Positions 14,360 through 30,406 are shown, counted from the stretch's first letter. The stretch is 64,000 nucleotides of DNA from Eledone cirrhosa (GCA_964016885.1 OZ024741.1:220720001-220784000), one strand, 5' to 3'. Notes: generated by a model from the letters alone, not told the origin. Numbers and translations are program-made.

Positions 14360-14572
14360 TTGACTATAAAAGAAGGATAAACAGAGATATAAACATATAT
14401 GTGTTCAAATCCAAAGGGACCAGATTCGATAGGGTGAAAAAATACTAACTATTAACAATAGGGTTTTCCAAACTCAATTTAAAATAATAAATCAAGAAAA
14501 GAAATACGAACCGATTGAGCAATTTAATTGTAAGAGACTATTTCGAGTTTCTAACTCAATATATACCTTTGA

Positions 14573-14631
<59 letters not shown>

Positions 14632-14634
<3 letters not shown>

Positions 14635-14905
14635 AAAGTTCTATTTAAATTGTTGGGATACAACAAGCAAATATTTTTATACTACGACTTAACACTACGA
14701 CTTACTAAAATAAACAAATCACTATCCTGATGTCTTCCAAAAGTAACGGGCGCATTTTGAAAGGGTACGCCAATGTTTATTTATAAAACTGTTATATATT
14801 GTATTTTGTCCGATGAAGGCATACCATAATTTAACTTGGTATCCTTGAAATATGTATAATGAAATAAATATGGTTTTATAAATATAGTTTCCATTTATTA
14901 ATATC

Positions 14906-14906
<1 letters not shown>
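14632..14906. mobile_element. Family A copy preceded by an inverted piece of its 3' tail
   Basis: aagttctatttaaattgttgggatacaacaagcaaatatt is the reverse complement of the family A end; the + copy has the CCGATGA core variant. Confidence 0.7.
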
Positions 14907-14951
<45 letters not shown>

Positions 14952-14957
<6 letters not shown>

Positions 14958-15808
14958 ATACTTTGGGAGGGTCATGTTGCCAATAAGAAACACACGCACC
15001 AATTGCTTTCACTTCAATTTATTATATATTTATAAATTTATGAATTTACAAATCTACAAACCTATAAATTATAAATTTCTGGTTGGTTGGTTGGTTCCAC
15101 AACCAGATAGTTGTTTATATATATAGTCATAGTCCTTTCGTCACACACTCTGTGACCTCTTCAGTGACTGGGGATTCCTTTCTTCGTTTCTGTGCCTTTT
15201 CTTTCTTCTATCCTACGCCATTTTGTTTCTGTGTGTGTGTTGTGTGCTCAGTTTGCGCATGTTCCACATCCGGGTGTCTGTGTGTGTTTGTGTTCATTTT
15301 TCTATTTGTTTATTTATTTATTGTTGGTTGGTTGTTTGTTCTATGTGTGTGTGTGTTTTCATTTTGTCCTGTGTGTGTTTTCATTTTGTGTGTGTTTTCA
15401 ATTGTAAGTTGTTTGTTCTATGTGTGTGTGTGTTTTCATTTTGTCCTTAATTGTAAGTTGTGATGTTGCTGTTCCACTCATATTTTCGATTTAATTTTGG
15501 TTTTAATTCTTTTATGCTTACTGCCTCTGTAATTTGCCTAAACATTGCGTCTTTTCTGTGCGTGGATTCTATTTTTATTTCTATGCTCTCTAATCTACCC
15601 CTGTGTTCTATCTTAGCATGTTGGTAGAGCACAGATGATTCTTTATTATCTTGGAGGTCTCGCCAGTGTTCATTTATTCGTTCCCCTATACTACGAGCTG
15701 TCTCACCTATGTGTTTCTTATTGGCAACATGACCCTCCCAAAGTATAACAATATCGGTTTCAACACACGATTTCAGATAAAGAATCTTGCTAAACAAATT
15801 CAGAAACG

Positions 15809-15810
<2 letters not shown>
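14952..15810 (-). mobile_element. PLE family C: 3' GIY-YIG fragment, 3' UTR and hammerhead, with an inverted terminal piece
   Basis: HIGETARSIGERINEH...LYQHAKIEH...RQITEAVSIKELKPKLNRK (15715-15450); hammerhead on - strand at 15125-15169 (agtca-CTGAAGA-ggtcac...gtgac-GAAA-ggac-TA-tgact); 14952-14990 is inverted at 15712-15752. Confidence 0.85.
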
Positions 15811-15860
<50 letters not shown>

Positions 15861-15862
<2 letters not shown>

Positions 15863-16020
15863 CAAAGGAAATGTGATAAGGAACCAGATGGACCATAACG
15901 CACCAAAGTACTCAATAGTTGGGGTAGTAGGGTGGCTAATAAGAACAAGTAGGACCCCGACGGCTGAGCTCAAGCCGCCCCGGCGGCTTGAGCTCAGCCG
16001 TCGGGGTCCTACTTGTTCCT
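15861..16020. mobile_element. Family D fold-back (Naiad-2 terminal repeat)
   Basis: gaacaagtaggaccccgacggctgagctcaagccgcc / ggcggcttgagctcagccgtcggggtcctacttgttc palindrome. Confidence 0.8.
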
Positions 16021-16040
16021 ATATATATATATATATATAT

Positions 16041-16355
16041 ATAAAATAATTAAGTCAAATATGTAAAATTTGGCTCCGTTTATTATAAATTGTTGATATA
16101 CTGCTATATATATTTCTTGAAGTGTGTTTTACTCCGTCAATACATCGATATGTCCAGCTCCTGGTTGTGTTATTATTCCTCTGAGGAACTGGATTCATAT
16201 GATTCCAGTTAATAATAAACGAAGCCAAATTTTATATATTTGACTTAATTATTTTACATTACTCCGGAGTAAACAAACCAACCTGCGTACTTCGTTGAGT
16301 GGAGTGCTCCAATCTGCATAGTGAGGTGTCGGTAAACAACCAACATATACTCAAA
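16041..16355. mobile_element. Fold-back insert with a truncated hammerhead-like core
   Basis: 16041-16086 is inverted at ~16212-16256; CTGAGGA-actgga...tccagt hairpin lacks GAAA. Confidence 0.55.
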
Positions 16356-16382
16356 ATATATATATATATAACTATATATATA

Positions 16383-16433
<51 letters not shown>

Positions 16434-16440
16434 TATATAT

Positions 16441-16600
16441 AACGAAGGAAATGTGGTAAGGAACCAGGTAGACGACCATAACGCACCAAAGTACTCAATA
16501 CTTAGGGTAGTAGAGTGGGTAATAGGAACGAGTAGTTTTAGTCCAGAATTAGCCGTCGAAACGGCTTGATCTCAGCCGTCGGGGTCCTACACGTTCCTAT
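16441..16600. mobile_element. Family D fold-back copy
   Basis: aacgaaggaaatgtggtaaggaacc... followed by the opposite-strand gtcgaaacggcttga.ctcagccgtcggggtc. Confidence 0.75.
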
Positions 16601-16603
16601 AAA

Positions 16604-16690
<87 letters not shown>

Positions 16691-16806
16691 CATATATATA
16701 TATATACATATATTAGCTTAGGTGCTCCGACATAGTTATACATATATAGTTTTATATCGAATAATATATAGGATGTTTCTGGAAAACATTTGACACATTT
16801 TCCCTA

Positions 16807-16871
<65 letters not shown>

Positions 16872-16878
16872 ATTTATT

Positions 16879-16931
<53 letters not shown>

Positions 16932-17082
16932 ATAAGAAACGAATGGAAAGATCCTACTGACCTACATTTATTCAATAACTTGAAATACGTTAATTTCTTT
17001 TAGTTCTCTAATTCATCATTTTATATTAAATTTTTAAGAAGATGCTTATTGCATACAATATTATATATATATATATATATAT

Positions 17083-17278
17083 ATAGGAACAAGTAAGACC
17101 CCGACGGCTGAGCTCAAGCCGTTTCGACGACTAATACTGGACGTCCAGAATTAGCCGTCGAAACGGCTTGAGCTCAGCCGTCGGGGTCTTACTTGTTCCT
17201 ATTACCCACTCTACTACCCTAAGTATTGAGTACTTTGGTGCGTTATGGTCCACCTGGTTCCTTACCACATTTCCTTCG

Positions 17279-17281
<3 letters not shown>
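17083..17281. mobile_element. Family D palindrome plus tail
   Basis: Centred on ggacgtcc (~17138-17145) with ~60-bp arms; tail ends ...ccacatttccttcgtt(at)n. Confidence 0.85.
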
Positions 17282-17311
<30 letters not shown>

Positions 17312-17340
17312 TGTAGGTAGGTGTGTGTATATATATATAT

Positions 17341-17820
17341 AATATTGTATGCAATAAGCAACTATCCAAACTGAACCTGAACCGATAAGGTCTGGATTCT
17401 TGGATATGTCAACATTTATAAAACAAATTTTGTATTTTATCTGATGAGAGCGTACCAAAATTTTCGTATCCTTGAAATATATATAAAGTAAAAAAAGGGT
17501 TTTATTTACAGTATTAACAAATGTGTCACTGATTAAGTTGTCTAAAAATTGCTGAACACTTGAAGCTGTGCCACTCAATTTTAAATACGTTGTTAGCTTA
17601 ACCAGAAAGGACAGTTAAAAATATGGTCAGCGTTTACGAATTCAAATTACAACATCAATAATAAAGAAAGAGAGAAAAAAAGAGAGAAAGGGAGAGAAAA
17701 AAGAGAGAAAAAAGAAAAAAAGAAAAAGATATACAGAAAAAAGATGAAGAAAAAGTGTTCAGCAATTTATAGACAACTTAATCAGTGAAACAATTGTTAA
17801 TACTGTAAATAAAACCCTTC
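17341..17820. mobile_element. Family A-related hammerhead element with inverted segments
   Basis: CTGATGA at 17441 and GAAA at 17474; ~17497-17561 is inverted at ~17753-17819. Confidence 0.65.
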
Positions 17821-17857
17821 TTTGTACTGTTGACCATGTTATTCTTCACTCCTTCAA

Positions 17858-17889
<32 letters not shown>

Positions 17890-17891
<2 letters not shown>

Positions 17892-20868
17892 GGAACGAGT
17901 AGGACCCCGACGGCTGAGCTCAAGCCGTTTCGACGGCAAATTCTGGACTAAATGAAAATGTTTATCCTGGTACATGAATAGCCGAGCTTCTCAGGGGGTA
18001 ATTCCATATATGGTAAAAGTGATTGTCACAAGGATTGGTCAACAGTTTGTTGTGGAGACACATAATTCTATCATGGCATTTTGTGGAAGGAAGGGGTATC
18101 TGAACCTGCCAGTAGAAGAAAGAGGGAGAGGGAGTGGAGGTACCCAGTCGTGCGTTGATAGTGCCAACTACAGCAGAATCCTAAGGGTAAGAGGTCAAGA
18201 GAAGTATACTAGGGAGGGGACGGGGGAGGAAGTCGAAACAATAAGTAAATCAATGTGGAGTAAATATATAGAAGAATAATAAGAATGTTAAAAATATTTT
18301 TTAAAAAACAATTTCTGGTTACTATTCCCCTACCACAATCATCAAGTCTCTCACTGGTACTGCTAAACTATAGAAAAGTTTAATAGGTGGGACGGAATAC
18401 TAAATACGAGATTGTAGTGAAAGAATTTTATGAGTTAGTAGTAATCGTTCAAATCTATCTTACAGTGACAGATAGATATGTAGGGGTCGGAGAAATGGGA
18501 GAGAGTGGTTTGAAGAATACAGATAGTTTAATCTAAATGTTGTGATAGGGGTCCAACAAGTGGTTTTATTATACTGCTTATTCTCAAAGTGACAACTTAG
18601 GCATTGTGTTGATATTGTCAAGTTTTGAATTATTTATTGCCACAGAGAGCAGGTTGATAGATGTGGAGAAGTAGGGAGATAGACAGAGGGCGAGAGAGAG
18701 AAAGAGAGAAAGGGAGAGAGAGAAAGAGAAAGAGAGAGAGGAGGGACAGAAAAAAGGTAAGAGAAGGGGAGGGAAAGGCGATATACACCGAGTTCGTAGT
18801 TGTAGTTTGCTGATAGCACTTAAGTATCCATTTATTACGATAAGCAAGGTACTGGCTTGTAGTGTGTGTGTGGGGGGGGGGGGGGGGTAATATAGTTAGG
18901 AAGTAGATATTGAGTGAAATTAGTTAACGAGAAAGTGGTGTAGTAGTCTCGGGTTCATATTATGTTAAGTTACTTTTATAGTGAGAAAATTTAGCCTTCA
19001 GTTTGTGGTTGCAGTATAACGATCGTTCGATTCTGTCATTTAGTAAGTTGTTTTTAGATTTCAGGATATAAAAGAGTTCAAGGTTGCATAATCTGCAGTA
19101 CTTCAATCCACTCCGATATGCACTAGCGCTGGATAATTTTTCTCAATTTAAGGTGAACTGCCGGTTGTATTCACGGAGTTGCCAGGTCTTGTTGGCGAGC
19201 GTGGTTACATAAAGGTGTTCAGGATGTTTAATCGAAAATCGATGACGTTACCAGCGTGATTTAAAGGAGGTAGTGGTAGACCCGACGTAATACCATTTCT
19301 GGTCATTTGATTCAACAGTGCATTGATAAACAATGTTGGACTCTAGGCATTTATTCTTCAATGGGCATCTTTCGGGTCGGTGGCAGTTGCATTTTTTTTT
19401 ATGGGTAACAGCTGTACCATGGATAGGTTGGGATAACAGTTCAGATGGGTTGTGTAATACCCGTCTTCCATTTGGTTGTTGGGAGGCTGATATTACGTTA
19501 TGCTCATATGTTTCTAAAATATTTTGTTTTGTAGTGTAGTTTAATAATCGCTTTAAGTTAAGTTTTTTATGTATGCTTCTAGATTTGGTGCAGTGGAGTA
19601 TGATAGCTTAATAGTCTTAGAGTTTAGAATCTTACTGTATTTATGGGAACTATGGAAATGCTTGTTAATTAACTTAAAGAATGAAAGAGATAGTTTCGTA
19701 CTAATCGAATCATTAAAAATGGGATTATAGCAGATATACTTTCTACAACGTAATTTATTTGAGTTTGGTGATGATTTTCTATTATTAGTATGTCTGGTGG
19801 TACTGCGTGTGTGCGCTTGTATTTCTGTACCCCGGTTACATATTCTTCGATTTCGTGTGTTGCTATGTGTGCTCTGATGATTCTTATCAATGTATTCTAT
19901 TTTATCTCGGTGGTCCGCATTCCGTAATGCGTTATTATAGTATTCTGCATGTTCACTGAAAATCTGAGAGTTAGACGATGGGCGAGAGATTCTGAGAGAA
20001 ATACTACGAGGAACCGATTTGATCACGGAAAGTGGGTGATTCGAATTAAAATTAAGATAGGTAAGGTTCTCGTTTATCTTGTGGATGGGTCGTATCAGCC
20101 TTGTATTCAAATTAAGAGTTACGTCTAGAAAATTCACTACTTTAAGATTGTATTCGTACGTTATTTTCAGACCCAGTTCGCTAAAATATTTTCTAATGTT
20201 TTTCCGTAGCCTTTCAAAATTTTGGTTATTTAAGTTATTAACTAATAGAAGCGCGTCGTCTCTATATATCCCCCCCCTGTAGATTATTAAATTTTCCATG
20301 TAGTATGTGGACTATGTAAATTCCCACAAGATTCGTGACCTCCGCTGAATCATTGGAGCCCATGGTGATGTCGAAGTTAGTGGGTCTATCCTTACGCTCC
20401 CAGTAGCATGTATCAAACTTGATAATAGTTTTCCTAGCCTCCAGAATAATATTAATTTCGTCATCCGTTAGGTCGGAATTAACCTTGGCAAACGATAGGG
20501 CCTTACGTAAATTACTGGGTGAGATTGAAGAGTAGTATTCGTCTATGTCAAATTGTATAAACTTAGACTTATTCTGTTCTTAACGTTATTAAACCAGCGA
20601 ATTGCTTCGCGAGTGTTGCCCCATAATTTAATTTCTATTTTCTTTTTCAATTGAGTTATTACCCTGTCAAGTATATGTTTGCTAATTTGTCCTATGTCTG
20701 ATTTAGAAGGGCATATAAGTCTAATCTTAGGGTTAGAGTCAACATTTACCTTATGGTCCTTCAGGTTAAAAGTGGGAGTTGCGGGTATAATCGGCTCGGT
20801 TCTATCGTCTATCTTGAGATTTTTCACTATTTTATATGCTTCGCTGTTAATGTTCGTTAGTGTAGTTT

Positions 20869-20870
<2 letters not shown>
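17890..20870 (-). mobile_element. Second decayed Naiad-type PLE (5'-truncated) with long 3' UTR ending in the family D hammerhead
   Basis: LKDHKVN..NPKIRLICPSKSDIG; FDITMGSNDSAEV; GIYRDDALL; FLDVTLNL..SNHP; KTIKLSYST; CNCHRPERCPLKNKCLESNIVYQC..YVGSTTTSFKSRW; CRLCNLE. Confidence 0.92.
17904..17999 (-). ncRNA. Family D hammerhead, full length (variant core CTGAGAA)
   Basis: Reverse complement: acccc-CTGAGAA-(long stem II ending gccgtc)-GAAA-cggcttgagctcagccg-TC-ggggt. Confidence 0.65.
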
Positions 20871-20919
<49 letters not shown>

Positions 20920-21014
20920 TGTGTCATTTGCTTTGTTATTTCCTGTTTACCCTTTGCATTTATATATAGAAAAAGAAAACAGATAAACAACAGAGAGCAA
21001 CATTACAGTCCCTG

Positions 21015-21360
21015 TACTGTATGTATGTGTATGTATGTATGTCTGTATGTCTGTATGTCTGTATGTGTATGTCTGTATGTGTGTGTGTGTATGTGTGTGT
21101 GTATGTATGTATGTATGAACGTGTGTGTATGTGTATGTATGTATGTATGTATGTGTGTTCTTCTGGTTTTATAATTTCACAACTTTTTGCCAATAGAGAG
21201 AGTGTGCATGTATGTATGTGTGTGTATGTATGTATGTGTGTGTATGTATGTATGTATGTATGTATGTATGTATGTATGTATGTATGTATGTGTATGTATG
21301 TATGTGTGTATGTGTGTATGTATGTATGTGTGTATGTATCTATGTAAGTAGGTAGGTATG
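21015..21360. repeat. (TATG)n/(TG)n compound microsatellite
   Basis: Direct inspection. Confidence 0.9.
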
Positions 21361-21656
21361 ATTCAATGCTTGATACAGTACTGAAAATGTCTTAACGTTT
21401 CGGGCGATATTCCTACGATAGAAGATAGAATAGAAAAATGACGAGAGTAAGTATTGGAAGAAAGGGAAAAAAAGTTTGAGAGAAAGCACGTATGTTTAGT
21501 CACCCATTTTGGGAAGTGTGTGTATGTGTGTATATATATATATATGTATGTGTGGAGAGAGAGAAAGAGAGACAGAAAGACAGAAATATATTTGTACACA
21601 CATACACGTATATTTGTGTGTGTGTGTATATATATATACGTATATATATATACGCA

Positions 21657-21689
<33 letters not shown>

Positions 21690-21759
21690 TTGAAAATAGG
21701 GAGAAAAAAACGATTATTAGGAAGAAATATATATTTTTTTTCTTTAAGTATATATATAC

Positions 21760-24350
<2,591 letters not shown>

Positions 24351-24468
24351 ATATATATATTTATATATATATATATACGTATGTGTACATATATACGTAT
24401 ATATGTATATATATATATATGTGTGTTTGTATATATATATATAAAAGAGAGAGAGAGAGAGAGAGAGG

Positions 24469-24507
<39 letters not shown>

Positions 24508-24794
24508 TGAGAGAGAGAGAGAGAGAGAGCGAAGCGAGAGAGATCATATGATCAATGCTTATTTTGTCTTACTGACATTTCTACTTAATTCTTGTTATTT
24601 ATTACAATATATCATTAGTTATTTATTTCTTAATGTATCTACACTGTTATTGTCTGTGTCACTCTATAACTCAATCTACGTGAATCCCCTACAGCGTCTG
24701 CCCTGCATACTCTGCCCAAATGCCCAAATAACCTATTTGCCCTTGTGCCCAATATAGACATTTATCAACCTAGTTCTTTGATTTTTAAGGGCCA

Positions 24795-24940
24795 ACCATT
24801 GGCAGCAATCGGCAAAGCGTCATACATCATGCTTTGTGATATATAGCTACGGATCTTTACGTTCTGGTCTGATTTCGAATCCCGTCGAGGTTAGCTTTGC
24901 CTTTCATTCACGCGATGTCGATAAAATAAAGTACCAGTAA

Positions 24941-25006
<66 letters not shown>

Positions 25007-25712
25007 TGTGTGTGACAGCTCACACCTATCAGGTTCAGCTGGCCTCCTCCAAGGTATATCTCGCTGGAGGTGTCTTGGGTAATTTAATGATAGGGACCCC
25101 AGTCCTATCATCTCATTTCTACAGCTGAGTAAACTGGAGCAACGTGAAATAAAGTGTTTTGCTCAAGGAAACAACACATCAGCCGGTCCGAGAATTGAAC
25201 TCACAACCTTTCGATTGCAAGCCTAATGTTCTAACCACTAAGCCATGCGCCATGCATTAGGGTCGATTTATTCGACTTTCCTCTCCACTAAAATTGTTGG
25301 CCTTGTGCCTAAATCAGAAATCATCATTAAGGGTGAACGAGTGGCAGTAATTGGTAGAGCGTCGGAAGACTTGCTCTGCGACATGGCTACAGCCTTTTAC
25401 ATGCTGAGTTCAAATCCCACCGAAGCTAACTTTCATTCTTGCGAGGTCGATAACATAAAGTACCAGTAATGCACTGGCTAATTACTGGCCTGGTGCCAAA
25501 AAGTAGAAACAATTATTAAAGGCGAATGATTGTCAGACATCACGCTTAGCAGCATTTAGTTATGGCCCTTTATGTTCTGAGTAGAAATCCCGCGAAGTTA
25601 GCTTAACGGGTCGATAAATAAAGTACCAGTAATGCACTGGTTTGATTTAATCGACTTTACTTTCTCTTCATATTGCTGGCCTTGTGCCAAATGTTGAGAC
25701 AATTGTTGTATT
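24795..25712 (+). mobile_element. Cluster of tRNA-derived SINE-1 copies (about 3) with a SINE-2 on - strand at ~25110-25250
   Basis: A-box-like tggcagtaattgg, B-box gagttcaaatcc, body gcctttcat...gtcgataaaataaagtaccagt. Confidence 0.75.
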
Positions 25713-25749
25713 TATTGCCGATGCATTATTTTGTTTGTGTTTTCATTAT

Positions 25750-28090
25750 CTGTTGTTGTTGTTATTGTTGATCTCGTTCTTGTTGTTATTGTTGTTCTCG
25801 TTCTTGTTGTTATTGTTGTTCTCGTTCTTGTTGTTATTGTTGATCTCGTTCTTGTTGTTATTGTTGTTCTCGTTCTTGTTGTTATTGTTGTTCTCGTTCT
25901 TGTTGTTATTGTTGTTCTCGTTCTTGTTGTTATTGTTGATCTCGTTCTTGTTGTTATTGTTGTTCTCGTTCTTGTTGTTATTGTTGTTCTCGTTCTTGTT
26001 GTTATTGTTGATCTCGTTCTTGTTGTTATTGTTGTTCTCGTTCTTGTTGTTATTGTTGTTCTCGTTGTTGTTGTTATTGTTGATCTCGTTCTTGTTGTTA
26101 TTGTTGTTCTCGTTCTTGTTGTTATTGTTGTTCTCGTTGTTGTTGTTATTGTTGATCTCGTTCTTGTTGTTATTGTTGTTCTCGTTCTTGTTGTTATTGT
26201 TGTTCTCGTTCTTGTTGTTATTGTTGATCTCGTTCTTGTTGTTATTGTTGTTCTCGTTCTTGTTGTTATTGTTGTTCTCGTTCTTGTTGTTATTGTTGAT
26301 CTCGTTCTTGTTGTTATTGTTGTTCTCGTTCTTGTTGTTATTGTTGTTCTCGTTCTTGTTGTTATTGTTGATCTCGTTCTTGTTGTTATTGTTGTTCTCG
26401 TTCTTGTTGTTATTGTTGTTCTCGTTCTTGTTGTTATTGTTGATCTCGTTCTTGTTGTTATTGTTGTTCTCGTTCTTGTTGTTGTTGTACTCGTTCTTGT
26501 TGTTATTGTTGTTCTCGTTCTTGTTGTTATTGTTGTTCTCGTTCTTGTTGTTATTGTTGTTCTCGTTCTTGTTGTTATTGCTGTTCTCGTTCTTGTTGTT
26601 GTTGTTCTCGTTCTTGTTGTTATTGTTGTTCTCGTTCTTGTTGTTATTGTTCTCGTTCTTGTTGTTATTGTGCTCGTTCTTGTTGTTATTGTTGTTCTCG
26701 TTCTTGTTGTTATTGTTCTCGTTCTTGTTGTTGTTGTACTCGTTCTTGTTGTTATTGTTGTTCTCGTTCTTGTTGTTATTGTTGTTCTCGTTCTTGTTGT
26801 TATTGTTGTTCTCGTTCTTGTTGTTGTTGTTCTCGTTCTTGTTGTTATTGTTGTTCTCGTTCTTGTTGTTATTGTTCTCGTTCTTGTTGTTATTGTGCTC
26901 GTTCTTGTTGTTATTGTTGTTCTCGTTCTTGTTGTTATTGTTGTTCTCGTTCTTGTTGTTGTTGTTCTCGTTCTTGTTGTTATTGTTGTTCTCGTTCTTG
27001 TTGTTGTTGTACTCGTTCTTGTTGTTATTGTTGTTCTCGCTCTTGTTGTTATTGTTGTTCTCGTTCTTGTTGTTATTGTTGTTCTCGTTCTTGTTATTGT
27101 TCTCGTTCTTGTTGTTATTGTTGTTCTCGTTCTTGTTGTTGTTGTACTCGTTCTTGTTGTTATTGTTGTTCTCGTTCTTGTTGTTATTGTTGTTCTCGTT
27201 CTTGTTGTTATTGTTGTTCTCGTTCTTGTTATTGTTCTCGTTCTTGTTGTTATTGTTGTTCTCGTTCTTGTTGTTGTTGTACTCGTTCTTGTTGTTATTG
27301 TTGATCTCGTCCTTGTTGTTATTGTTGTTCTCGTTCTTGTTGTTGTTGTACTCGTTCTTGTTGTTATTGTTGTTCTCGTTCTTGTTGTTATTGTTGTTCT
27401 CGTTCTTGTTGTTATTGTTGTTCTCGTTCTTGTTGTTATTGTTGTTCTCGTTCTTGTTGTTATTGTTGATCTCGTTCTTGTTGTTATTGTTGTTCTCGTT
27501 CTTGTTGTTATTGTTGTTCTCGTTCTTGTTGTTGTTGTTCTCGTTCTTGTTGTTATTGTTGTTCTCGTTCTTGTTGTTGTTGTTTTCGTTCTTGTTGTTA
27601 TTGTTGTTCTCGTTCTTGTTGTTATTGTTGTTCTCGTTCTTGTTGTTATTGTTGTTCTCGTTCTTGTTGTTATTGTTGTTCTCGTTCTTGTTATTATTGT
27701 TGTTCTCGTTCTTGTTGTTGTTCTCGTTCTTGTTGTTATTGGTGTTCTCGTTCTTGTTCTCGTTCTTGTTGTTATTGTTGTTCTCGTTCTTGTTGTTATT
27801 GTTGATCTCGTTCTTGTTGTTGTTCTCGTTCTTGTTGTTATTGTTGTTCTCGTTCTTGTTGTTGTTGTTCTCGTTGTTGTTGTTATTGTTGTTCTCGTTC
27901 TTGTTGTTATTGTTGTTCTCCTTCTTGTGTTATTGTTGTTCTCGTTCTTGTTGTTATTGCTGTTCTCGTTCTTGTTGTTGTTGTTCTCGTTCTTGTTGTT
28001 ATTGTTGTTCTCGTTCTTGTTGTTGTTGTTGTTGTTTTCGTTGTTTTTGTTGTTGTTGTCGTCGTTGTTATTATTGTTATTGTTGCTGTT
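25750..28090. repeat. 24-bp minisatellite (ctcgttcttgttgttattgttgtt)n derived from (TTG)n
   Basis: Tandem units over ~2.3 kb; explains the 800-aa low-complexity ORFs. Confidence 0.95.
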
Positions 28091-28274
28091 AGTTATCATA
28101 AACATCATTGTTATTATTATTATTGTTGTCTTTCTATTGTATTCTTTACACTTTGTTTTCATTGTTTTCTTCTCTCATATTCTTTCTTCTTTCTTTCTTC
28201 CTTTCTTGTAGGTAAGTAAAAGCCATTAGCAACAGCAGGAGCTCTGTTTCACTGATATCAGGTGTTAATGAAAT

Positions 28275-28548
28275 GGGAGAGGAGGACAAGATGGAAGACA
28301 TGGTGGTGTAGGGGAGGAGGAGGACAAGATGGAGGACATGGTGGTGTAGGGGAGGAGGAGGACAAGATGGAGGATATCGTGGTGTAGGGGAGGAGGAGGT
28401 GGAGGAAGTGGAGGACAAGATGGAGATGATGGTGTGTGGGAGGATGAGAGGAGGAGGAGATGGAAATGATGGTGATGAGGAGGTTGAGATGGAGGGGGAG
28501 GGCAAGATGGAAGAAATGGTGGTGTATGGGAGGAGGAGGAGGAGGCAA
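28275..28548. repeat. Purine-rich ~36-39-bp repeat (ggaggaggacaagatggaggacatggtggtgtagg)
   Basis: Degenerate tandem copies. Confidence 0.75.
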
Positions 28549-28612
28549 GCAGTAATATGAAGAAACAAAGGTAAGCAAGAAAACAAAAGGTTAAAATAAC
28601 ATAAAAAGAACA

Positions 28613-29148
28613 ATAGCAACAGCAGCAGTAGTAGTAGTGGCAGAGCAGCATTAGTAGCAGTAACAGCAGCAGTAGTAGTAGTGGCAGAGCAGCATTAGTA
28701 GCAGTAACAGCAGCAGTAGTAGTGGCAGAGCAGCATTAGTAGCAGTAACAGCAGCAGTAGTAGTAGTAGTGGCAGCAGCAATAGTAGTAGTGGCAGCAGC
28801 AGTAGTATTAGTAGTAGTGGCAGCAGCAATAGTAGTAGTGGTAGCAGCAGTAGTAGTAGTAGTAGTAGTGGCAGCAGCAATAGTAGTAGTGGCAGCAGCA
28901 ATAGTAGCAGTAGTAGTGGCAGCAACAGTAGTAGTAGTAGCAGTAGTAGTGGCAGCAGCAGTAGTAGTAGTTGTAGTAGTAGTAGTGGCAGCAGCAATAG
29001 TAGTAGTGGCAGCAACAGTAGTAGTAGTAGTAGCAGTAGTAGTGGCAGAAGCAGCAGCAGTAGTAGTAGTAGTGGTAGCAGCAATAGTATTAGTAGTAGT
29101 AGTGGCAGCAGCAATAGTAGTAGTGGCAGCAGCAATAGTAGTAGCAAC

Positions 29149-29225
<77 letters not shown>

Positions 29226-29377
29226 CAGCAGCAATAGTAGCAGTAGTAGTGGCAGCAACAGTAGTAGTAGTAGTAGCAGTAGTAGTAGTAGTGGCAGCTG
29301 CAGTAGTATTACTAGTAGTGGCAGCAGCAATAGTAGTAGTGGCAGGAGCAGTAGTATTAGTAGTAGTGGCAGCAACA

Positions 29378-29413
<36 letters not shown>

Positions 29414-29477
29414 GTAGTGGCAGCAGCAATAGTAGTAGTGGCAGCAGCAGTAGTATTAGTAGTAGTGGCAGCAACAG

Positions 29478-29537
<60 letters not shown>

Positions 29538-29755
29538 CAGCAACAGTAGTAGTAGTAGCAGTAGTAGTGGCAGAAGCAGCAGCAGTAGTAGTAGTAGTAG
29601 TGGCAATAGCAGTAGTAGTATTAGTAGTAGTGGCAGCAGCAGTAGTAGCAGTAGTAGTGGCAGCAGCAGTAGTATTAGTAGTAGTGGCAGCAGCAACAGT
29701 ATTAGTAGTAGTAGTGGCAGCAGCAGTAGTAGCAGCAGTAGTAGCAGCAGCAGTG
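28613..29755. repeat. (GTA/GCA)n trinucleotide array
   Basis: Direct inspection. Confidence 0.95.
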
Positions 29756-29898
29756 AAAGCTACCTGTTAATATATACAGTGCTGTTCTTGATGGTATTCT
29801 GATAAAACAATTTTTTAATGAAAAGTCTTCTTATAAATTCAACTCAGCTCCTGCACTTTTGAAGAGCAACTATAAAAAAAACGTGCATTGTATTGTCT

Positions 29899-29974
<76 letters not shown>

Positions 29975-30027
29975 GTATAAATGTATGAGTGTGTGTATGT
30001 ATATATATATATATATATGTATATGTT

Positions 30028-30090
<63 letters not shown>

Positions 30091-30339
30091 ATATGTATAA
30101 ATATATGAGTGTGTGTATGTATATATATATATATGTATATGTTTGTACATATATATATATACTGTATATATACATACATATACATGTGTATAAATGTATG
30201 AGTGTGTGTATGTGTATATATATATATATATATATATGTATATGTTTGTACATATATATATATATACTGTATATATACATACATATACATGTGTATAAAT
30301 GTATGAGTGTGTGTATGTATATATATATATGTATATGTT

Positions 30340-30406
<67 letters not shown>

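Noticed and set aside
19330-19395. Possible selenocysteine (TGA) recoding, reported for some Naiad PLEs
   Set aside because: The zinc-finger cysteines here and at ~1550-1615 use TGC/TGT; the stops seen are scattered decay.
25684-29770. 300-800-aa Leu-, Val- or Thr-rich ORFs
   Set aside because: Open in several frames on both strands because of triplet-phased tandem repeats; no complex sequence or splice evidence.
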